Assembly (NCBI GenBank): GCA_016934295.1
Contig: JAFGTD010000019.1
Span: forward strand, 10,950 to 74,949
Direction of reading: 5' to 3'
DNA length: 64,000 nucleotides
Source of the DNA: Acidobacteriota bacterium
Lineage (GTDB): Bacteria; Acidobacteriota; UBA6911
In this document: piece by piece, positions 1 through 9,521 of the stretch
Layout: every line of letters starts with the position of its first letter
Numbering within the stretch: position 1 is the stretch's first letter
Notes under the pieces: generated by a model
Database searches by the model: none
What the model was told of the DNA's origin: nothing
Seen by the model: only the letters and a program-made list of their open reading frames with translations
Translations under genes and position numbers: made by a program

Positions 1-547
1 TACTAAAAAAACGTATACGGCCATCCTGGAAGAGTTCGATCCTCCCGAGAGCGGGAAATTCTATTATAAACGCGCCGGTGACGGATCTGCGCTCATTCGA
101 GAGGAGATTACGGATCCTGCAGAAAAAATTACAACGCTTAATGGTGGCGAAGCATTGATTTACCAGCCGAAGGTTAAATCCGCAATCAGCTACGAACTGG
201 GAAAACACAGGGATAAAGCGGAGTATATGGCTCTTGGAATCGGACAGTCGCCCACGGATCTGAAGAAGACCTTCAATATTGCCTACCAGGGAAACGAGAC
301 TGTCAACGGCGCGGCATGTTCCATTCTTGAATTGAAACCGAAAGATCCCAAGGTCGCTTCCATTTTTTCATCCATTACAGTCTGGATCGACGAAGCTACC
401 GGTGTTTCAAAACAGATGAAAATGGAAGAGCCTTTCGAAGACTACATTCTGGTGATCTTCTCAAACGAAAAGTTGAATAAAAAAATCAACGATTCAATGT
501 TTGAGCAGGAACTGCCCCAGGACGTGGATATTCAGAGAATAAACTAG
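1..547 (+). CDS. LolA-like outer-membrane lipoprotein-sorting family protein. It is 5'-partial: the reading frame is open from the window edge.
   Basis: Frame 2 is open from base 2 with no stop. The C-terminal pattern (ELKPKD...ITVWIDEATG...ILVIFSNEKLN) resembles LolA/LppX-fold proteins. The assignment is by eye only. Confidence 0.45.
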   Translation, partial: TKKTYTAILEEFDPPESGKFYYKRAGDGSALIREEITDPAEKITTLNGGEALIYQPKVKSAISYELGKHRDKAEYMALGIGQSPTDLKKTFNIAYQGNETVNGAACSILELKPKDPKVASIFSSITVWIDEATGVSKQMKMEEPFEDYILVIFSNEKLNKKINDSMFEQELPQDVDIQRIN

Positions 548-712
548 CCCGCATTTCTTAAAAAGTTGTTACTGCGGTGACGTGTCTGTGAATGTCTGCT
601 GCGCTCCCGATTTACTGAAAGCACCTGAAGCGAAGCCTCGGGCCGCCGCGCGCGGTGCATACATCACTGTAATTACAAAAACGAGTACTAACCCGGATTA
701 TTCATGAGGCAA

Positions 713-1315
713 TTACGAGGAATGAGATATTGGCTTCGGTTTCGGAAGCTCTTTCCAGGTATAGTAAATCCTGCTGATCACGGTCCAGTTTCCCAGGGTT
801 GCCAGAATCCACAGGACCGCTTCCATGCGGAGTGCCAGACCGCCGATTATAAGGAGCACAATCCTTTCGGGGCGCTCCATAAAACCGACTTTACAGCTTG
901 GAATCAGGGATTCCGCCCTCGCCCTGGTGTAGCTGGTCAACACCGCTCCCATTATCACGACGCCAACGAGAACGACATACCCCAGCATTTGATGCCGCGC
1001 GTAATATACTAAAAGTCCCTGCAGGATAATAATGTCCGAGTAGCGATCGATCACGGAGTCGTAAAACGCGCCGAACCGTGTTTCGGTTCGGCTGACTCTC
1101 GCCACCTCGCCATCGAGCATATCGAAAAGGCCGGCAAGGATAATAATCAGCCCGCCTTTACGCAAACTTCCGTAGCCGAACTCAAACGCCGCCCATAAAC
1201 TGATGAGGACGCCTGTAAAGGTAAGTATATTGGGATTGATTTTTAAAAGAGTCAGGGGCCTGACTATCTTATTCAGGATGAATTTTCCCCCACGTCCAAT
1301 AGCGTCGCTTATCAT
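713..1315 (-). CDS. pgsA: CDP-diacylglycerol--glycerol-3-phosphate 3-phosphatidyltransferase (CDP-alcohol phosphatidyltransferase family)
   Basis: Carries the CDP-OH phosphatidyltransferase signature DGEVAR...G(AFY)DSVIDRYSD and a multi-TM, hydrophobic 200-aa product. It sits directly downstream of the mla operon on the same strand. Confidence 0.8.
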   Translation of the reverse strand: MISDAIGRGGKFILNKIVRPLTLLKINPNILTFTGVLISLWAAFEFGYGSLRKGGLIIILAGLFDMLDGEVARVSRTETRFGAFYDSVIDRYSDIIILQGLLVYYARHQMLGYVVLVGVVIMGAVLTSYTRARAESLIPSCKVGFMERPERIVLLIIGGLALRMEAVLWILATLGNWTVISRIYYTWKELPKPKPISHSS

Positions 1316-1352
1316 GGCGTAAGGCTAGACAGATTCAAAAACCTTGTCAAGA

Positions 1353-2576
1353 TCAAAACAAGCGTACGCGGATGGTCATGTATTTTTTGGGATCCTGTCG
1401 AAGGTCATACAGAAACTTGCTGATTTCCGAAGAGGATTGCTCGAGGTTGTTGTAAAGCCCCGGGTCTTTTAAAAGTTTCCCCAAAGTGCCCTGGCCCTGT
1501 TCGATCTGTTCGACAAAGGACGCGAAGCTTTCAAGCGCCCGCGTGCTTCTTTCATAAAGGGCTTCGTCCGTTGAAAGCTTTCCAAGGGTTCCTTCGCCTT
1601 TCTCCATCCTGCTGACGATTGCATCGGTTTTACCCGCAGCCGAACGTGCCGAGTCGTACAGTCCCGGATCGTTGATAAGTTTCGATATTGTGCCGGAACC
1701 GTTCTGGATATTTTCGGCAATGGCGTTGAATTTTTCCAATGCTTCGGTCAAACGACTATACACTTGGGGATCACTGACTATCTTACCGAAAGTGCCCTGG
1801 CCGGAATGCAGTTCGTTAATCAGGATTGTCGCCTGTGAGAAAGCTTTTTCCGCTGCCGAGATTGTGTCATGCAGCGCGGTGACGGTGTCGGAGATATCAG
1901 TCCCGATATTTTCCGGGATTATTCTTGCGGCGATATCCTGAACCCGTTCTGAAAGCACGCCGAAATTCGCAATGACATCGTTTGCGCCGGTCATAATTTC
2001 CCGGAATCCCGGCTGTTGGATGCTTTCTATTAAATAAAATTCTCCTTTTAGTGGCGGAAGTTCTTCGGAGATACCGGGGGTAATATCGATAAAGGAATCG
2101 CCTATCAGTCCTCGGGAAGCAATACTGACATCCGAATCGGGACCGATTCGATCCAGGTATTGCATGCGGATGTCCATTCGGACTTCTACAAGCCTCAGGT
2201 CCGCTTGAAGTCTCCGGATATCATCCTGCAGGTTCTCTTTAATCTTTATGCCGGAAGGGTTCCGGGTGTCCACGTTTTGAATCTCTTCTTTTATTTCCTC
2301 GATCCGGGCAAGGATTTCGTCGTTTTCGGGATAGGTTTCAGGGGAGATGAGGTTTATCTTTCGAACTTTTCCTATTTCCATACCGGCCAACCATACCGGC
2401 GATCCCGGTTTCAAGCCGCCGACATCCGTCAGGTATGTGATTATTTTGGCCGATTCGGAGAACCAATTGATTCCCCAGCTCTGCTGAAGAATCAATACTG
2501 ACAGTAGAATAAATGCAATTACGACAAATATCCCAAGCTTCATCTGGGCCAGTTTTACCTGTTTTTTCTTCGGCAT
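1353..2576 (-). CDS. mlaD: MlaD/Mce-family periplasmic substrate-binding component, with an extended C-terminal repeat region
   Basis: N-terminal TM anchor (LGIFVVIAFILLSVLIL) followed by an MCE domain. The C-terminal half carries at least 4 tandem repeats of about 35 aa of the form G(Q/S/E)GT(L/F/I)(G/S)KL(L/I)xDPxLY. Confidence 0.8.
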   Translation of the reverse strand: MPKKKQVKLAQMKLGIFVVIAFILLSVLILQQSWGINWFSESAKIITYLTDVGGLKPGSPVWLAGMEIGKVRKINLISPETYPENDEILARIEEIKEEIQNVDTRNPSGIKIKENLQDDIRRLQADLRLVEVRMDIRMQYLDRIGPDSDVSIASRGLIGDSFIDITPGISEELPPLKGEFYLIESIQQPGFREIMTGANDVIANFGVLSERVQDIAARIIPENIGTDISDTVTALHDTISAAEKAFSQATILINELHSGQGTFGKIVSDPQVYSRLTEALEKFNAIAENIQNGSGTISKLINDPGLYDSARSAAGKTDAIVSRMEKGEGTLGKLSTDEALYERSTRALESFASFVEQIEQGQGTLGKLLKDPGLYNNLEQSSSEISKFLYDLRQDPKKYMTIRVRLF

Positions 2577-2671
2577 AGGGTTCCTTTTCGCTTCCTGGAT
2601 TTTATCTGCCGCCGGTAGTCATAATATACCCCGGGTGGCGAGCAGGACCTTCTTTTATCCGACCTTCATAA

Positions 2672-3463
2672 TTAATTTACAAATAATTTCACATAGGGCA
2701 CTTCGGAGGCTTTTAGCTCCCGGTACCCGCCATGGAAACAAATTCCGCCATCCATGAGCATTATAAAATTGATTGAAGACGGAAGACCGGACCCGCTGTC
2801 GGATTTATAGTCAATGTTCCCGTCTTCGGCGGAAGCTGCATATTCGGTTGCAATAATGGAAGCGGCATGCAGATCGTGTGTGACAAAGATACTGGTAACG
2901 CCCTGCATGTCGCGCAGCTTAATCATCAGTTCCACGATAGTTCGCTTGGTAATCGGATCCAGGCCTGCAGTGGGCTCGTCATATAAAATAATCTCGGGAT
3001 TGCCGACAAGAGCCCGGGCAATGCCGACCCTTCGCTTCATTCCTCCCGACAGTTCTACCGGCATTTTTTCGAAAGCTTCTTCCAGACCTACGAACCCTAA
3101 ATGTTGCTGCACTTCCGAATCGACTTCCGCTTCCTCCATGGCTCCTTCTTCGTAAAGCCTGTAGCCGACATTGTCACTAACGGGCAGGGAATCGAAGAGA
3201 GCGCCTTCCTGAAATACCATTCCGATATTTCTGCGTATCGCCACAAGTTCTCTCTCCGTCATGTCGGTTATATCGCTGCCTTCGATAAGGATCTTCCCTG
3301 AATCCGGCTTTATCAGGCCGAGTATCAGCTTTAGCACCGTGGATTTTCCGGAACCGCTTTCTCCCAATATAATCAGAGTTTCTCCGCGTTGAACTTTGAA
3401 ACTGATATTCTTGAGAACTACTTCGTCGTCAAATGATTTTGTGACGTCCTGAAATTCGATCAT
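2672..3463 (-). CDS. mlaF: ABC transporter ATP-binding protein (MlaF-like)
   Basis: Walker A GESGSGKST, ABC signature LSGGMKRRVGIARAL and Walker B ILYDEPTAGLD. The chosen start is the internal ATG (MIEFQDV), which overlaps the mlaE stop as ATGA. The longer track ORF (to 3610) would overlap mlaE and is rejected. Confidence 0.85.
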   Translation of the reverse strand: MIEFQDVTKSFDDEVVLKNISFKVQRGETLIILGESGSGKSTVLKLILGLIKPDSGKILIEGSDITDMTERELVAIRRNIGMVFQEGALFDSLPVSDNVGYRLYEEGAMEEAEVDSEVQQHLGFVGLEEAFEKMPVELSGGMKRRVGIARALVGNPEIILYDEPTAGLDPITKRTIVELMIKLRDMQGVTSIFVTHDLHAASIIATEYAASAEDGNIDYKSDSGSGLPSSINFIMLMDGGICFHGGYRELKASEVPYVKLFVN

Positions 3464-4266
3464 GAATTTATAAAGGGAGCTAAATAAATAAGCAGATTGT
3501 TTAAGAAGAAGTCGGCAGCAATGACCAGAATAGAGCTGCTGACAACGGCCAGGGTTGTAGATTTGCCGACACCCTCCGTTCCTCCGCGGGTCCGCAAACC
3601 TACGTAACATCCAATCATGGCAATAGTGAAGCCGAACACTATGGGCTTTATCAGCGTTCCGACAAGGTCGGAAAGCTGCATGGCGTTTGTCGCGTCCGTC
3701 CAGTACTGATTAGAGCTGATAAGAAGTTTGTAGGCGGCAATAATCCACCCGCCGAGCATGCCCACGGCATCACAGATAATAGTGAGGATAGGCAGCATCA
3801 GCACCATGGCAATCATTCGGGGCGTCACCAGTCGCCTTGTCGGATCCGTGCCCAGAGCACGCATGGCATTGATCTGTTCCGAAACGACCATGGATCCGAG
3901 CTCGGAAGCTATCCCGGATCCCATTCGTCCGGCCAGCATCAGGGCCGACAATACCGGGCCCAACTCCCGGATCAGGGTCAGTGAAACGAGCTGGCCAGTC
4001 ATGCTGACGGCGCCGTAGGTTCTGAGAACCCCTTCGGACTGGATCGCAAGCACGGCCCCGGTAAAAAAACCGGTTAAAATGACAATAGTCAGGGATCCAA
4101 TCCCCACCCGATCCATTTGAAGGATGATCTCCCTCCAATAAATCGGCCGCGTAAAAAGATTCGCAACGGCACGGAGAGAGAGCAGGGTAAAAGATTGGAT
4201 TTCCCAAATTGCCTTGGCTGAAAAGCGAAACGGGGATTCTACTAAGCTCTTTAGGATGTTATTCAT
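3460..4266 (-). CDS. mlaE: ABC transporter permease (MlaE-like)
   Basis: Polytopic membrane protein of typical MlaE length (268 aa), with a 4-nt overlap onto the downstream ATPase gene. Confidence 0.8.
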   Translation of the reverse strand: MNNILKSLVESPFRFSAKAIWEIQSFTLLSLRAVANLFTRPIYWREIILQMDRVGIGSLTIVILTGFFTGAVLAIQSEGVLRTYGAVSMTGQLVSLTLIRELGPVLSALMLAGRMGSGIASELGSMVVSEQINAMRALGTDPTRRLVTPRMIAMVLMLPILTIICDAVGMLGGWIIAAYKLLISSNQYWTDATNAMQLSDLVGTLIKPIVFGFTIAMIGCYVGLRTRGGTEGVGKSTTLAVVSSSILVIAADFFLNNLLIYLAPFINS

Positions 4267-4417
4267 ATCAGTTGACGTACCACGGCAAGTTTATTGGGCC
4301 GTACTTTGGTAAGTCAAGGGCAAATGAAACAAATTTATCGCTTCAAACAGAAGACGGGTGACGCATATGGCCAAATAACAAAAGCATGTATTGATTGAAT
4401 AAAAAAGATTTTAAGAC

Positions 4418-4440
4418 CTTTGATCTTCAACATTGTCAAG
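4418..4440 (+). repeat. Degenerate copy of the heptamer element (CTTTGATC TTCAACA TTGTCAA), about 120 nt upstream of aroC
   Basis: Matches CTTTrATCTTCAAyaTT in the same orientation as the downstream gene. Weaker than copies A-C. Confidence 0.35.
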
Positions 4441-4516
4441 GAATAGCTTGTCGTTTGCAAAGGGAAAGAATATATTTCATTATTCCGTTGGTATTTGCAG
4501 ATCCACTCAGACATAT

Positions 4517-4534
4517 CCGCATGGACCCATGCGG
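4517..4534. promoter_or_regulatory. 18-bp near-perfect palindrome CCGCATGG-AC-CCATGCGG immediately upstream of the aroC Shine-Dalgarno
   Basis: Read directly from the sequence. It ends about 23 nt before the aroC ATG. It could be an operator or a 5'-UTR hairpin. Confidence 0.35.
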
Positions 4535-4557
4535 TCTTCGAAAGGAAAGGGAACGCT

Positions 4558-5730
4558 ATGCTCCGCTTTATGACAGCGGGTGAATCACACGGCAGATCGC
4601 TTGCGGGAATTCTGGAAGGACTGCCGGGCGGACTGGCCGTTGATAGGGATTTCATCAATTTCCAGCTCTACCGGCGACAACTCGGTTTCGGGCGTGGAGA
4701 GCGAATGAAAATCGAACGGGACCGGATCGAGATAATATCGGGGATACGACACGGAAAAACTCTCGGCAGCCCCATTTCTTTTTTGATCGAGAACAGGGAC
4801 TGGGTGAAATGGCAGCTTCCTATGAGTGCAGATCCGGTTCCTGAAGGTACAGATGTTATGTCCGTTATGCAGCCACGTCCCGGCCATGCCGATTTGGCGG
4901 GCATTTTAAAATACCAGACGGGCGACATCCGGGACATACTGGAGCGTGCCAGTGCCCGTGAAACTGCTTCACGGGTCGCAGCGGGAGCTTTCTGCCGTAC
5001 GATGCTTATGCATTTCGGCATACGAATAGGAAGCCACGTTATCGCTGTAGGAAACGAACATGTTGCGGAAAGATTTGAAGATTTGAAGGGCACTGAGATA
5101 CTGGATATCGATCCCGAATCTCCCGTTCGATGCGCCGATTCCGATGCCGCCGGGCGAATGATGGCGGCAATCAGTGCAGCTAAAGAATCGGGAGATACTC
5201 TTGGGGGTGTGTTTGAAGCCGTTGCCGTTGGGGTGCCTCCGGGACTTGGTTCGCATATTCAGTGGGATCGTAAACTGGATGGTCGCATTGCTCAGGCCAT
5301 GATGAGTATTCCCGCAGCAAAGGGCGTGGAAATCGGGACGGCTTTTGCCGGGGCGCAAAGTTCGGGCTCCGCCGTACATGATGCAATAATATACGATGCC
5401 CGCAAACGGCGCTTTTATCACGAAACAAACAGAGCCGGCGGCGTCGAAGGTGGAATCAGCAACGGTGAAGATATCCGTGTGAGGGTACATATGAAGCCGA
5501 TTCCGACCCTGCGCAAGCCTCTAAAATCCGTAAATATCGAAAATAAGCAGGAGACCGCGGCCGCTTTTGAAAGAAGCGACACCTGCGTCGTGCCGGCTGC
5601 AGGTGTTGTTGCGGAATCCATGCTCTCGTACATTCTGGCGGACGTATTTTTGGAAAAATTCGGTGGAGACTCCATCCGCGAAATTGAAGGCAATTTCAAG
5701 AATTATATAAATCTTCTGGAAGAATTTTGA
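4558..5730 (+). CDS. aroC: Chorismate synthase
   Basis: N-terminus MLRFMTAGESHG and motifs GRSSARETA and RSDTCVVPAA. The start was moved to the ATG at 4558, which has a GAAAGGAAAGGG Shine-Dalgarno. The track ORF start at 4495 is further upstream. Confidence 0.9.
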   Translation: MLRFMTAGESHGRSLAGILEGLPGGLAVDRDFINFQLYRRQLGFGRGERMKIERDRIEIISGIRHGKTLGSPISFLIENRDWVKWQLPMSADPVPEGTDVMSVMQPRPGHADLAGILKYQTGDIRDILERASARETASRVAAGAFCRTMLMHFGIRIGSHVIAVGNEHVAERFEDLKGTEILDIDPESPVRCADSDAAGRMMAAISAAKESGDTLGGVFEAVAVGVPPGLGSHIQWDRKLDGRIAQAMMSIPAAKGVEIGTAFAGAQSSGSAVHDAIIYDARKRRFYHETNRAGGVEGGISNGEDIRVRVHMKPIPTLRKPLKSVNIENKQETAAAFERSDTCVVPAAGVVAESMLSYILADVFLEKFGGDSIREIEGNFKNYINLLEEF

Positions 5731-5771
5731 CCCTTTACAATCAATACTATCGTTATTAAAATTATATAGTT

Positions 5772-6281
5772 ATGATTATTCCGATTTTGAAACTGGGAGC
5801 GCCCGAGCTGAGGAAGGTCAGCGAATCCATCCAGAACTTCAATGGGGAACTTGAAGACATTGTAAAGAATATGATGGAGACAATGTATGGGGCTTCCGGT
5901 GTTGGATTGGCCGCGCCTCAAATAGGGATCAATGTCCGGTTGGCTACAATCGATCCTTCCATAGGCGAGGATAAGGAAAAAATCATCGTAATCTGTAATC
6001 CCGAAATCATTTCCTCCGAAGGTAAGCAGTCGGGTGAAGAAGGCTGCCTGAGCATCCCGAATTTCAGTGAGAACGTCGAACGTCCCATGAAATTGGTTGT
6101 TAAAGGCCAGGACCTCCGAGGGGAAGAAATTACCTTCGAGGCCGAGGGGATTCTCGCGCGATGCTTCTGTCATGAAATAGACCATCTGAACGGGGTTCTT
6201 TTTATCGATCACTTAAGCGCTTTGAAACGCGGTCTGATCCGGAATAAAATCAAAAAACTGGCCAAAGCCGGTGAATGGTAG
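5772..6281 (+). CDS. def: Peptide deformylase
   Basis: Carries the three PDF motifs: GVGLAAPQIG, EGCLSIP and HEIDHLNG. Confidence 0.92.
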   Translation: MIIPILKLGAPELRKVSESIQNFNGELEDIVKNMMETMYGASGVGLAAPQIGINVRLATIDPSIGEDKEKIIVICNPEIISSEGKQSGEEGCLSIPNFSENVERPMKLVVKGQDLRGEEITFEAEGILARCFCHEIDHLNGVLFIDHLSALKRGLIRNKIKKLAKAGEW

Positions 6282-6284
6282 ACC

Positions 6285-7229
6285 ATGCGTGTCGTTTTCC
6301 TGGGCACCCCGGAAATAGCCGTTCCGCCACTTAAATACCTTCTCAATCATTCTTACAATGTCGCCGCTGTTTTTACGCAACCGGATCGTCCTTCCGGGCG
6401 CGGCCATAAATTGAAGCCGGCCCCCGTTAAAGTTTTCGCCGAAAAGAACGGTATACCGGTTTTTCAGCCGGGGAAAATTCGCCGGGAAGAGAACAGGAAA
6501 ATAATTGAAGGCCTGAATCCCGATTTTCTCGTCGTTGCCGCGTACGGCCAGATTCTTCCCTCGTGGTTCCTGAAGGCTGCACGTCTAGCGCCGCTGAATA
6601 TTCATTTTTCGCTGCTCCCAAAATATCGAGGCGCTGCTCCCATCGCCCAATCAATCCGGAACGGAGATTCCGTTACCGGAGTAACAATCATGATTATGCA
6701 GGAAGAGCTTGATGCAGGCCCGATTCTGATGCAGAAGAAGGTTCCGATATCAACGACGGTGACAAGGGGTGGTTTGGAGGAGGAGCTGTCAGTAACGGGC
6801 GCGGAACTGTTGATAGAAACAATGGAAAAGTATCTGGGCGGTTCTGTTGTGCCGGTGCCGCAGGATGACCGCCTGGTATCCTGGGCGCCCGCTATTTCAA
6901 AAACAGATGCCCGGATTGAGTGGGATGAAAATGCACGGAGGATCCACAACCATATACGGGCCATGAATCCATGGCCGGGCGCCTTTACGTTTTTCCGCGA
7001 CGAGCAGGTGCGGATATGGAGCAGTATTCCGGAAACAGAGAATTCCGTTACTGTCGGAGCTCCGGGGACGTTTCTTGGAATCTCGAAACTCGGCTTGCGG
7101 GTTCTATGCGGAGAAAGAAGCGTACTGGAGATAACAGAGCTTCAAAAACCCTCCAGAAAACGTATAACGGGCCGCGAATTTGTCGGCGGAGTGCATTTGC
7201 GTCCCAGGGATCCTCTTTTTCACGACTAG
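6285..7229 (+). CDS. fmt: Methionyl-tRNA formyltransferase
   Basis: N-terminus MRVVFLGTPEIAVPPL and motif HFSLLPKYRGAAPI. It lies 4 nt after def, in the conserved def-fmt arrangement. Confidence 0.9.
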   Translation: MRVVFLGTPEIAVPPLKYLLNHSYNVAAVFTQPDRPSGRGHKLKPAPVKVFAEKNGIPVFQPGKIRREENRKIIEGLNPDFLVVAAYGQILPSWFLKAARLAPLNIHFSLLPKYRGAAPIAQSIRNGDSVTGVTIMIMQEELDAGPILMQKKVPISTTVTRGGLEEELSVTGAELLIETMEKYLGGSVVPVPQDDRLVSWAPAISKTDARIEWDENARRIHNHIRAMNPWPGAFTFFRDEQVRIWSSIPETENSVTVGAPGTFLGISKLGLRVLCGERSVLEITELQKPSRKRITGREFVGGVHLRPRDPLFHD

Positions 7230-7276
7230 GACCGCAATTCTCACAAGTTAATGAATATTATCGGACAACAAGCATT

Positions 7277-8575
7277 GTGATTTCACCTGCAAGACAGATT
7301 GGTTACAGCCTCCTGCAGCAAATTGAACACAATCGAATTTTCAGTGATGACGCACTGAATTCAGAGATTATGGAAACGGTCGATGCCCGTGACCGTCATT
7401 TGATTACGGAAATTGTATACGGTACCCTCCGATGGCAGTCCCGCCTGGATTATCTGCTTGCCGGGATAAGTTCCAGGCCCTGGGCGGATGTCGAAGTGGA
7501 AGCCCGGATTCTGCTGCGCATGAGCTTATACCAGATGTGGCACACGGATCGGATTCCGGATCATGCGGTGGTAAACGATGCCGTGGAATTGGCAAAGAAA
7601 AATCTAAAGCGCGGCATCGACCGCTTTCTGAACGGTGTTCTGAGGCACCTGGCGCGCAGCCGACCATGGGAAGAGCCGGGGTGTCTTCAGAACGCACCAA
7701 AATGGATCCGGGTATCGCTTCCACGATGGCTTTGGAAACGATGGGCAAGCCGTTATGGAGAGAATGCGGCCGAAGAATATGCGGTTTCCCTGAACCTTCC
7801 GCCTCGTCCGTTTCTGCGCCTCGGAGTGAAACCCGACGGCGGACAATTTTCCTTCAATGTTCAGCCTTCGGATCTTGTCCCGGGAGCTTTTTTGCTGGAA
7901 TCCAAGCCCGATATTAATGAACAGGGCCGCTCAGTTCGGGTTGCTTATCAGGATGAAGCGTCCCAGTTGATCCCGCATCTGCTTGGGGATATACGCGGAT
8001 GGACCGTGTGGGATGCCTGCGCGGCACCCGGAGGGAAGGCCGCGATCCTGTGCGGCAAGGTCGGGGAAACGGGCATGGTGGTGGCCAGCGACAGGAGCAG
8101 GAAAAGAATACGCAGAGTTGTGGATTCCGTAAAAGATTGCAGCGGGGGGAAATGTGGCGTCATAGTGGCGGATGCCGGTCTGCCCGCGCCGTTTCGACGG
8201 TCTTTTGATGCTGTTATTGTGGACGCCCCCTGTTCGGGGCTTGGAACCCTGAGAAGAAATCCTGAAATCAAGTGGCGGTTTCGCAAGTCGGATTTTTCGT
8301 TGCTTCAGAAAAATCAATTGAATATCCTGCGTTCCGTATCGGAGAATGTCCGTTTTGGAGGCAGGTTGCTTTATTCCACCTGCTCGACCGAACCGGAGGA
8401 AAACGAGCTGGTGGTAGAGAGCTTTCTGGACGGGAATCCGGACTTTCGTATTGAAAAGCCTGTTTTCCCCGAAGGAATTCAAGCCTGGACCGGCATTGAC
8501 GGAATGGTTCGCACATTTCCCGGGGCGCGAATTTGGGACGGTTTTTTTGCCGCGACCATGGTACGGTGCCGCTGA
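7277..8575 (+). CDS. rsmB: 16S rRNA (cytosine967-C5)-methyltransferase (RsmB/Sun, with an N-terminal NusB-like domain)
   Basis: SAM motif DACAAPGGKA plus PCSGLGTLRRNPE and TCSTEPEENE, with a NusB-like N-terminus. The start is placed at the in-frame GTG at 7277, just after the fmt stop. The track ORF start at 6971 would overlap fmt by 260 nt and is rejected. The exact start is uncertain. Confidence 0.8.
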   Translation: MISPARQIGYSLLQQIEHNRIFSDDALNSEIMETVDARDRHLITEIVYGTLRWQSRLDYLLAGISSRPWADVEVEARILLRMSLYQMWHTDRIPDHAVVNDAVELAKKNLKRGIDRFLNGVLRHLARSRPWEEPGCLQNAPKWIRVSLPRWLWKRWASRYGENAAEEYAVSLNLPPRPFLRLGVKPDGGQFSFNVQPSDLVPGAFLLESKPDINEQGRSVRVAYQDEASQLIPHLLGDIRGWTVWDACAAPGGKAAILCGKVGETGMVVASDRSRKRIRRVVDSVKDCSGGKCGVIVADAGLPAPFRRSFDAVIVDAPCSGLGTLRRNPEIKWRFRKSDFSLLQKNQLNILRSVSENVRFGGRLLYSTCSTEPEENELVVESFLDGNPDFRIEKPVFPEGIQAWTGIDGMVRTFPGARIWDGFFAATMVRCR

Positions 8576-8716
8576 ATCGGTCCGCCCCGTAAGGTTGTTT
8601 GAAGTTTCCGCACAACGGTGTCGCCCACAATGGGACAGGGCAGGATTCTCGAACGCAGGAATAACACAAGTTATTGCCGTTCAAAACTTTAGAAGGGGCG
8701 CTTCTTGAATCGGTCT

Positions 8717-8742
8717 ATTCGCTGTGTTACCCTTCAGCGAAT
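8717..8742 (+). promoter_or_regulatory. 8-bp stem hairpin ATTCGCTG-(10 nt)-CAGCGAAT between rsmB and rpe
   Basis: Perfect inverted repeat followed by AAATTT. It lies 27 nt upstream of the rpe TTG start. It may be an rsmB terminator or an rpe leader structure. Confidence 0.3.
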
Positions 8743-8768
8743 AAATTTCCGGAAGGTGGATCAGAAAA

Positions 8769-9458
8769 TTGGGAACAAAAATAGAAATCGCACCGTCAAT
8801 ATTAGCAGCCGATTTTACTCGGCTGGCTGATGAAATCAACAAGGTCGAAAATGCCGGAGCGAATATTCTTCATCTTGATGTAATGGACGGCCATTTTGTA
8901 CCAAATATTACAATCGGTCCACCGGTGGTGGCTTCGATTCGTAAAAGCACACGCATGCTATTGGATGTGCATTTGATGATTGAGCGCCCGGAAAATTTCC
9001 TAGAAGATTTCATTCGGGCCGGGGCCGATTGGATTTCGGTTCATGTGGAAGCGGACAGACATCTGGATCGAACGCTGAATTTCCTGAAAGAAAAGGGAGT
9101 GCAGGCCGGGGTCGCGCTGAATCCGGCAACCCCGGTGGGTTCGCTGGACGAAGTATTGCACCTGCTTGATTATGTGTTGATCATGACCGTGAATCCGGGA
9201 TTCGGCGGGCAGAAGTTCATTCCGTCGACTTTGGAAAAAATCAGGAAGCTTAAACGATTGGCCAAGTCAGACGCCTATCGGGGACGAATCGAAGTAGACG
9301 GCGGTATCGATGCCGGCAACCTGTCCAAAGTTCTCGACGCCGGGGCGGACATTATAGTGGCAGGATCCGCAATCTTCAGCCGGGAGGACGCGGCGGAAGC
9401 GATTCTGGAGATGAAGAAAATTGCGGGACAGTACGTTAAAATACCGGAAATAGTATAG
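8769..9458 (+). CDS. rpe: Ribulose-phosphate 3-epimerase
   Basis: Motifs IAPSILAADF, HLDVMDGHFVPN and MTVNPGFGGQ. Uses a TTG start with a GGAAGGTGGA Shine-Dalgarno. Confidence 0.9.
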   Translation: MGTKIEIAPSILAADFTRLADEINKVENAGANILHLDVMDGHFVPNITIGPPVVASIRKSTRMLLDVHLMIERPENFLEDFIRAGADWISVHVEADRHLDRTLNFLKEKGVQAGVALNPATPVGSLDEVLHLLDYVLIMTVNPGFGGQKFIPSTLEKIRKLKRLAKSDAYRGRIEVDGGIDAGNLSKVLDAGADIIVAGSAIFSREDAAEAILEMKKIAGQYVKIPEIV

Positions 9459-9521
9459 TTCCATTTTCCGAAATGTGTTCCTGCCGACACTGCGATAAAT
9501 GGAGACAGAGGAAATCAGGCG

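Noticed and set aside
3464-3610. Extended N-terminus of the MlaF-like ATPase (track ORF to 3610)
   Set aside because: The extension overlaps the mlaE coding region. The internal ATG MIEFQDV gives the canonical ABC ATPase N-terminus and a 4-nt ATGA coupling.
6971-7276. Long track ORF making rsmB start at 6971, inside fmt
   Set aside because: It would overlap fmt by about 260 nt in another frame. An in-frame GTG at 7277 just after the fmt stop gives a normal-length RsmB (about 432 aa) starting at the NusB-like domain.
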